Assembly: GCA_045643325.1 (NCBI GenBank)
Contig: JAZUKQ010000086.1
Coordinates: forward strand, 1 to 37,288
DNA length: 37,288 nt
Origin: Kiritimatiellia bacterium
GTDB taxonomy: Bacteria; Verrucomicrobiota; Kiritimatiellia; RFP12; JAZUKQ01
Reading direction: 5' to 3'
Both the position numbers and the translations under genes were made by a program. Below are positions 32,150 through 37,288 of this stretch, piece after piece; the first letter of the stretch is position 1; each line of letters starts with the position of its first letter. A model generated the notes under the pieces. It did no database searches. It had not been told where the DNA came from and saw only the letters and a list, made by a program, of their open reading frames with translations.

Positions 32150-33739
32150 TCAATGTGTTTTTTTATGGATGACCTTTTTTACGGTCGCGACGAGATATTT
32201 CCGCTCGGATTTCCCGACGACAAGCCACGTGAGGGAGGCGACGAGCGCCGCGTTTATGGGAAACGCCGCGAGAAGGACCGGCCAATAGGCGCCGAACGCC
32301 GTTCGATAGGCGAATACGGTCAGAAAACAGGCTGAGAACACGGCTGTCATCGGCGCGAGGATGCGGGAAAAGAACTCGGCCGCAGAGATTTTGAGGTTTT
32401 TCTGAACGAGGAAGACACGCCAGTTCGTCATGAAAATCCAAGGAAGGACGGAGCCGGCGAATATCGCGAGCGGGATAGACCTGGAGAAATAGTACAGGGT
32501 GGAGAACAGAAGCAGACGCACAAGGTTCCCCGTGCCGAACACGATGGAGTAGCGTTTGATCCGCCCCCGGGCGACGAGAAGGAGAAAATAGCCGGTGGAG
32601 ACTTTTTCGGAAAGTTGGCAGACAATGGTCGCCGTGATGAAGGTCGACATGTAGGGCGGCGGAACGTCCAGCCAAAGGGTGAGAATCGGCTGCGCGTAGA
32701 CCAGAACGGGAATCGCGATCATCATCTCGAGCATGGTCGTATAGGTGCAGACCCGTTTGGCGACGGCGACCGCTCCGGAAACATCGCCCGCGCCCATGCG
32801 CGTGTTGATCTCCGGGGCGACGGTCGTGTTGGTGGCGTCCGCGAACATCGAGATTTTGCTTGTGATGCGCGCGCTGTTCCCGGCGCTCGAGTTGATGGCG
32901 GGACCGTCCAGTTGGTTGAAAAGGATTTTCCGGACCGAACTGAAGACGGAGAAGCTCATTGTCTCGAAGAAATACCATCCGGAGAACGAGAAGAGCTTCC
33001 GCATCTTTTCTTTGTCCCACCAGTACTTGAACCGGACCCGCATCTCCGGAAACTGGAAGTGCCCGATGAGGTAGTAGGTGGCGGAGACGGACATGTTGAT
33101 GCCCGTCAAGATGATCGCGTGCGTGATAAAACGGTCCCCCGAATAATGGAGCAGCCACCAGGATTCCCCGAACATGAGAAGGGACTCCGCGATGTGCATC
33201 ATGTTTTTGATGAAGATGTACTGCTTGGCCACATAGAGGGACTGGACCGGCGTGAGCACCTGCCCGTACAGCATGCTGAACAAGGAGAGCAGGAAAACGA
33301 TCCAGCACGCGGAATGACGTCCGTCGGGAATCTTCAGGAAATGGAAGACTCCGAAATATCCGACAGGGAGAAGGATGACGAAAAACACGAGTGCCAACGC
33401 AAAGTAGGTGCTTACGGCGACGTTGAACCATCTGCAGAGGAGGTCGTTTTCCGCGTGGCCTACTTTTTCTTCGCCGATGGCATAGGCGAAAAATCTCGCG
33501 CAGGCGGAGCGCAACGTCGAGGAGATGATTCCGACGAGGACGAAGAGCGTGCCGACGACGGAGAACAGGCCCTGTTGGTCGGCACCGAGCGCCTTGTAGA
33601 TCCAACGGGTGGTCCACAGCCCGAAAACGACGGACGCGGCGGTCTGCGCGTAGGTGGCGAGAATATTGACGGAGATGCGGCGGGCGGACATGTCGTTCGA
33701 GGGCGGGGTTATGAAAGACGGGCACCCCGGACGCTCCAT
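32150..33739 (-). CDS. wzx: Wzx-type oligosaccharide flippase (MOP/polysaccharide biosynthesis protein family)
   Basis: 529 aa and very hydrophobic, with ~12-14 TM segments. N-terminus ...ISVNILATYAQTAASVVFGLWTTRWIYKALGADQQGLFSVVG is typical of PST/Wzx. An alternative ATG at 33691 would avoid the overlap with the upstream gene. The same-strand ORF 32163..33725 in another frame is rejected. Confidence 0.75.
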   Translation of the reverse strand: MERPGCPSFITPPSNDMSARRISVNILATYAQTAASVVFGLWTTRWIYKALGADQQGLFSVVGTLFVLVGIISSTLRSACARFFAYAIGEEKVGHAENDLLCRWFNVAVSTYFALALVFFVILLPVGYFGVFHFLKIPDGRHSACWIVFLLSLFSMLYGQVLTPVQSLYVAKQYIFIKNMMHIAESLLMFGESWWLLHYSGDRFITHAIILTGINMSVSATYYLIGHFQFPEMRVRFKYWWDKEKMRKLFSFSGWYFFETMSFSVFSSVRKILFNQLDGPAINSSAGNSARITSKISMFADATNTTVAPEINTRMGAGDVSGAVAVAKRVCTYTTMLEMMIAIPVLVYAQPILTLWLDVPPPYMSTFITATIVCQLSEKVSTGYFLLLVARGRIKRYSIVFGTGNLVRLLLFSTLYYFSRSIPLAIFAGSVLPWIFMTNWRVFLVQKNLKISAAEFFSRILAPMTAVFSACFLTVFAYRTAFGAYWPVLLAAFPINAALVASLTWLVVGKSERKYLVATVKKVIHKKTH

Positions 33740-34926
33740 TCGGAAAGTATCCGGCCGTAAAGAGCCTTATGGCTGTCCGCGACGGAGGCGGGGCTCATAT
33801 AGGCGCGTATCCGCCGCCGCGCGCCTTCGATCTCTTCCGTCTCCCCGTTTTCGTCCATCTTCCGTAAAACCGCGATCACCGCGTCGGCGAGCGCCTCCGG
33901 ATCTTTTTGCGGGACGACGGTGGCGTTGCCGAAGCGGCGGGCGTTTTCGGCGAGCGCGGTGTATTCCGTCACGATGCCGTGACAGCCGCGCATCAGCCCC
34001 TCAATCAGTTGGTTTCCGAACATTTCCTCCGTGGAGGGCGCGAGGAGAATCCGGCATCCGTCCAGAATCGAGAACAGATCCGTCGACTTCTTTTTCCCTT
34101 CCAGGACGAGCCGTTCGCCGAGTGTCCCGCCGAGACGCGCGAGCACTTTGCCCGAGTAGGTCTTCTGGAAGTTCTGGAGTTCCGCGATCCGCGCTGGCGG
34201 AAGTTTTTTGGCTCCGACGACGTGAAGCCGCACATCCGGGAACGCGGCAACGATTTTCGGCATCGCCTCCGCGATCAGATGAACGCCTTTCCGCTCGTCC
34301 ACAGTCCCGACGAAGACGAGGTCATGCCCGGTCTTCGGTGTGAGGGGCGTGTCGAGTTCCGGCTGGTAGGTGTTGGGGATGGAGGTGATGTCGAGATGCG
34401 GATACTTTTCCGCGAGCGCGGCGCGAACGTATTCGCTTTTGGCGACGGCATAGTGGGTCCGTGTCCAAGCCTTGTGCTCCGCGAGTTGGAGAAAGCGCTC
34501 GTTCAGGTGGAGTCCCGGGGAGAGTGTCGGGAGAATCTGGAAGAAGAGCCCTTGGGCCGTCACGCAGAACGGACATCCGGTTCGGACGGCGGCGAGCGCG
34601 TAGGCCGCCTCTGTTCCGTGGGCGTGGACGATGTCCGGGCGGAGTCCGAGGACATACTTCGCCATGCGTCGACTGTCGAGGGCGTAGAGAGAAAGATGTC
34701 GATAGGGGTGGTAGGTCCGGAGAAAATGGACCTTTATCCCTTCGATCTCGCAGACGAAGTCTTTGGAGGCGCCGTGCGCCTGCGTGACCACTTCGACATC
34801 CATGCCCGCGTTTTTTTGGGCGAGTGCGTGATTCAAGACCCAACGGCCCGGATGAATCCGTCTCATACGGTCTCGCTCCGGATGGCCGGAGGGAACCGGA
34901 ACATGTCCCAAGTGAATGATTTTCAC
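33709..34926 (-). CDS. Glycosyltransferase family 4 (GT-B)
   Basis: 405 aa, MKIIHLGHV...DIVHAHGTEAAYA...LLAPSTEEMFGNQLIEGLMRGCHGIVT (E-x7-E). The start is GTG, overlapping the upstream stop as GTGA. Confidence 0.85.
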   Translation of the reverse strand: MKIIHLGHVPVPSGHPERDRMRRIHPGRWVLNHALAQKNAGMDVEVVTQAHGASKDFVCEIEGIKVHFLRTYHPYRHLSLYALDSRRMAKYVLGLRPDIVHAHGTEAAYALAAVRTGCPFCVTAQGLFFQILPTLSPGLHLNERFLQLAEHKAWTRTHYAVAKSEYVRAALAEKYPHLDITSIPNTYQPELDTPLTPKTGHDLVFVGTVDERKGVHLIAEAMPKIVAAFPDVRLHVVGAKKLPPARIAELQNFQKTYSGKVLARLGGTLGERLVLEGKKKSTDLFSILDGCRILLAPSTEEMFGNQLIEGLMRGCHGIVTEYTALAENARRFGNATVVPQKDPEALADAVIAVLRKMDENGETEEIEGARRRIRAYMSPASVADSHKALYGRILSEWSVRGARLS

Positions 34927-36413
34927 ATCAGTTGATTCCTGCGGGCGGCCAGTTCGTCTTCAAACCCGTTCGAGATGGAGTGGAGAAGGCCGATCATCGG
35001 GCAGGCCCCCAGCGGCACGAGGGCGGAGTGTCCGGACTGGAGTGAAAAGAGAAGCTGTGTCAAAAGGTCGGCCGCATAGTACAGCACGCAGGCCTGAAGA
35101 TAGGGAATCCCGCTAATCGTTCCAGTTCGTTTGGCGAGTTTGACGGCGATGACCGCCGAAAACCCGATGAAGAAGAACCAGAATACCGCGGCCGGGACAC
35201 CGAAATCTGCGACGAAGGCCCACCATGTGCTGTGCCAGTTCCCGGAATAGGTATGGAGTTCGAAGTTCGTCCCCCTTTTTTTTGTCGCGGCGATCCAAGC
35301 GGCCTCGCGGAGGTCCATCGCATAGCCTTTCCGCCCGAACCATGGGTTTTCGCGCATGATGAGCTTGGCGCGACGGTGGATTTCCTCGCGGAACAGGTCT
35401 CTTGTGCCCATGGCGTTTGACGTCTCATACTTCGGAACAACGATGCTCAGCCCGCGGCGGACGGAACGCGGCAGCCGGTAGAATGTGCCGTCGCCGATAA
35501 CGAGAAGTGCGAGCATGAACGCGCCGATAACGGCGGCGACGCCGAGGACTCCTTTGTCGCGGCCGGTCAATGCGACGCGGAAAATCGGAGCCAGCGCGAG
35601 TCGCGCGACACCTTGCCGTTTGCCGGTGTAGAGGACCAAACCCGCCAGAAGAACCGCCGTGAGAAATTTCCATCCCGAGGTGAGAAACTGATGCAGTTCA
35701 TACCGGCAGATCAGGAGGATGTACACGGTCAACGCGCCCAGCAACTCGTAGTGCTGCGAGGCGACCACCTCTTCTTCGTCTCCGCCTCCCGCGCCGATGT
35801 GCAGGAGCGTGAAGACAAGGTTGACCACGGACGCTGAAAGAATCAGGAGGAAGATTTTTTTACATTCTTTCTCTCGAAACCGGAACGAGGAGAGCGCGAG
35901 CATGGCTACAAAGGCCACCAGTTGGTCGATATAGAACCGGCCTCCGACGTAGGTTGATCCAAGTTTCGCGATTCCGGGCGGTTTTTGGATGAAGACGATG
36001 AAAATCCATGTGAAGACCGGAAGCGAGGCGAGGAGGCCGGGTTTCCACTTGAAGGAGGTCTCTCCGCTCCGGAGCGTGCTTCGGACGACCCACATGGCCG
36101 TCACCGCGATACATGCGAGTTCGTTCGCCCGGGCGGGAATGCCGGGGATTCTCAATCCAAACGAGGTGAGCAGCGGATAGAGCATCCAGTAGTTTTTGTC
36201 GAGCGCGAGGACAATCGCCACCGCGACGAAAATCGCGGCGATCATCTTAAAGTTGGTGATGCCTCCTCTGCCACGCATCATGCCCTTGGTGACCATGTAG
36301 CCCAAGCCGACGAGTGCTCCGCCAAAAATCACCTGGTAGACCTTGGTTGTGTTGGAAAGAGGGGATGGCATGTGAAACAGCGTTTTTGCTAGGATTCCCG
36401 TCGATGCGGGCAA
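34923..36413 (-). CDS. O-antigen polymerase/ligase family membrane protein (Wzy_C-like)
   Basis: 496 aa with ~10-12 TM segments and a periplasmic-loop motif ...ELHTYSGNWHSTWWAFVADFGVPA, resembling the H-x-x-x-N/H...G Wzy_C signature. The called start is TTG at 36413, and an ATG at 36371 is an alternative. Confidence 0.7.
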   Translation of the reverse strand: MPASTGILAKTLFHMPSPLSNTTKVYQVIFGGALVGLGYMVTKGMMRGRGGITNFKMIAAIFVAVAIVLALDKNYWMLYPLLTSFGLRIPGIPARANELACIAVTAMWVVRSTLRSGETSFKWKPGLLASLPVFTWIFIVFIQKPPGIAKLGSTYVGGRFYIDQLVAFVAMLALSSFRFREKECKKIFLLILSASVVNLVFTLLHIGAGGGDEEEVVASQHYELLGALTVYILLICRYELHQFLTSGWKFLTAVLLAGLVLYTGKRQGVARLALAPIFRVALTGRDKGVLGVAAVIGAFMLALLVIGDGTFYRLPRSVRRGLSIVVPKYETSNAMGTRDLFREEIHRRAKLIMRENPWFGRKGYAMDLREAAWIAATKKRGTNFELHTYSGNWHSTWWAFVADFGVPAAVFWFFFIGFSAVIAVKLAKRTGTISGIPYLQACVLYYAADLLTQLLFSLQSGHSALVPLGACPMIGLLHSISNGFEDELAARRNQLM

Positions 36414-36425
36414 ACATTTCGGGCA

Positions 36426-36454
36426 ATTATAGCAAAGGCGCTTCCCGTCTGCAA
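36426..36454 (-). promoter_or_regulatory. Sigma70-like promoter (minus strand) for the wzy-GT4-wzx-GT10 block
   Basis: On the minus strand: TTGCAG (36454-36449), a 17-nt spacer, then TATAAT (36431-36426). It lies just upstream of the wzy-like ORF, which favours the ATG at 36371 as the start. Confidence 0.5.
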
Positions 36455-36584
36455 AGAGGCAGAGCGTTCTGTTTTAATCGGTCAGTCGGCGCGTGGGTTG
36501 TTGGAAGCGTGAGCGAGTGGAAGATGCGGCATCCCGCCGCATCGCAAAAAAGAACGAAGATTCGGAAGTGAGAATGGGGCGGAC

Positions 36585-36887
36585 GTGGCGTCCAGAAGCC
36601 GCCGGTCCAGGAGGCGAAGAGTTGTGGATAGCCGCGAAGCGCGCGATTCAGCACGCTTCGCGGAGCGCGGTTGTTTGCGACTCTCCCCGCGCGCGGACGT
36701 CGGTCACCCGTGCGGGGCTTCGAACAACAGGGTCGAGCGGCTGGTCCGAATCGCCTATGGCTGCCGCGACACCGACACGATGATCGGCCTCGTCATGCTG
36801 TTCTGTTCGTCGATCGAAATTCCGTGGCCCGGAAGAAAGCAAAAAGAGTCAACAAACAAAGGTCCTGTCACGGCACAGACGGCATGA
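36585..36887 (+). pseudogene. 3' remnant of an ISL3-family-like DDE transposase (truncated, with an internal deletion)
   Basis: The translation ...ASNNRVERLVRIAYGCRDTDTMIGLVMLFCSSIEIPWPGRK resembles the C-terminal consensus I recall for ISL3 transposases (SN.R.E..N.KIK...R.AYGFR....LIALVML.C......LPGR), minus the NxKIK segment. No upstream catalytic part is present. GGCTCTTCG on the minus strand at 36907-36915 resembles ISL3-type terminal repeats (from memory). Confidence 0.45.
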
Positions 36888-36933
36888 GAAGATCCACACT
36901 TATGCCCGAAGAGCCCAAAATTCCGAGTCGCGT

Positions 36934-37137
36934 TTAGCCTGCGTTCCGTACTCCGCGGACGCCCAAAAAGATTCTCGGGGCGAACGGGATTTTTTCGAGA
37001 CAGAAAATGAGCAGTCGCGAGACCCCGAGCACCGCAAAAACTTCCGCGGCGTATAAAAGGCCGGACGGCTCACTCCGGGGAAAAAACGGAAGAACGAGGT
37101 AGGTGTTCATATATGTGTTCACAGCATAAAACGCCAA
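36934..37137 (-). pseudogene. Possible C-terminal fragment of a membrane acyltransferase (acyltransferase_3-like)
   Basis: A 67-codon ORF ending ...AVLGVSRLLIFCLEKIPFAPRIFLG, reminiscent of the last TM and tail of OafA/acyltransferase-3 proteins. An in-frame stop lies immediately upstream, so there is no full-length gene. Confidence 0.2.
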
Positions 37138-37178
37138 GGATTTTGAGCACTAGCATCCCATAGAATGGGTGGTTGAAA

Positions 37179-37255
37179 ATCGTTTGCCTCTTCTTTTGAA
37201 GTGCGATAGGGTGTTTGTGCATGCAAAACCAAGCACAAAAAGAAAGGCAAACGAT
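37179..37255. repeat. Long imperfect inverted repeat / hairpin at the window edge
   Basis: ATCGTTTGCCT(cttcttttg) at 37179-37198 pairs with (caaaaagaa)AGGCAAACGAT at 37236-37255, an 11-bp perfect core extendable to ~20 bp. There is an inner TTTGTGC/GCACAAA pair. The region has lower GC than the surrounding sequence. Confidence 0.7.
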
Positions 37256-37288
37256 GAAGAGTAATCTATCATGTTTTCATCAGGTCGT

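Noticed and set aside
32163-33725. A 520-aa same-strand ORF in a different frame from the Wzx ORF.
   Set aside because: Its translation is Arg/Pro/His-rich with no TM pattern, whereas the 32150..33739 frame gives a coherent multi-TM flippase-like protein.
36523-36543. A perfect 8-bp hairpin GATGCGGC-atccc-GCCGCATC next to an A6 run, considered as a terminator.
   Set aside because: The homopolymer is on the wrong side for both strands. It is an A-run after the stem on plus and a T-run before the stem on minus, so it does not fit an intrinsic terminator.
36700-36760. A tRNA-like T-arm resemblance (ggtccgaatcgcc / cttcgaacaac).
   Set aside because: No cloverleaf can be drawn. There is no acceptor-stem complementarity or anticodon arm, and the GTTCGAATC consensus is not matched.

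Overview
This is a high-GC chromosomal segment from a diderm bacterium. The fusA-rpsJ adjacency without tuf resembles what I recall for Bacteroidota and PVC-type genomes, but phylum assignment is tentative. (1) 1-12.5 kb holds a contiguous str/S10/spc ribosomal-protein cluster, rpsL-rpsG-fusA-rpsJ-rplCDWB-rpsS-rplV-rpsC-rplP-rpmC-rpsQ-rplNXE-rpsN-rpsH-rplFR-rpsE-rplO. It has no tuf and no rpmD, and it ends at a textbook intrinsic terminator right after rplO instead of continuing into secY. (2) 12.5-19.2 kb holds a marR-family regulator followed by a tripartite RND efflux set: an outer-membrane factor lipoprotein, a periplasmic adaptor and an RND permease. The permease appears to have lost all three canonical proton-relay charges. 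(3) 19.2-36.4 kb is a surface-glycan locus in three transcription blocks. It contains two paralogous GT-C (DUF2029/GT87-like) membrane proteins, an alpha-1,2-fucosyltransferase (GT11), an orphan membrane protein, two paralogous GT-B enzymes and a hexapeptide acetyltransferase. It also contains GT25, two GT2, an alpha-1,3-fucosyltransferase (GT10), a Wzx flippase, a GT4 and a Wzy/O-antigen-ligase-like protein. GT10 + GT11 + GT25 is the enzyme-family set used for Lewis-antigen synthesis in Helicobacter pylori. (4) 36.4-37.3 kb is non-coding debris with an ISL3-like transposase 3' remnant, a possible acyltransferase fragment and a long hairpin at the window edge. No rRNA, tRNA or CRISPR array was seen. 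Other notable non-coding signals are a 19-22 nt motif present three times around the efflux operon, an AT-rich island with a perfect 15-bp inverted repeat next to a consensus promoter, and a ~750 bp gene-free repeat-containing stretch. All protein calls rest on recognising family motifs by eye in the supplied translations. No database search was run.
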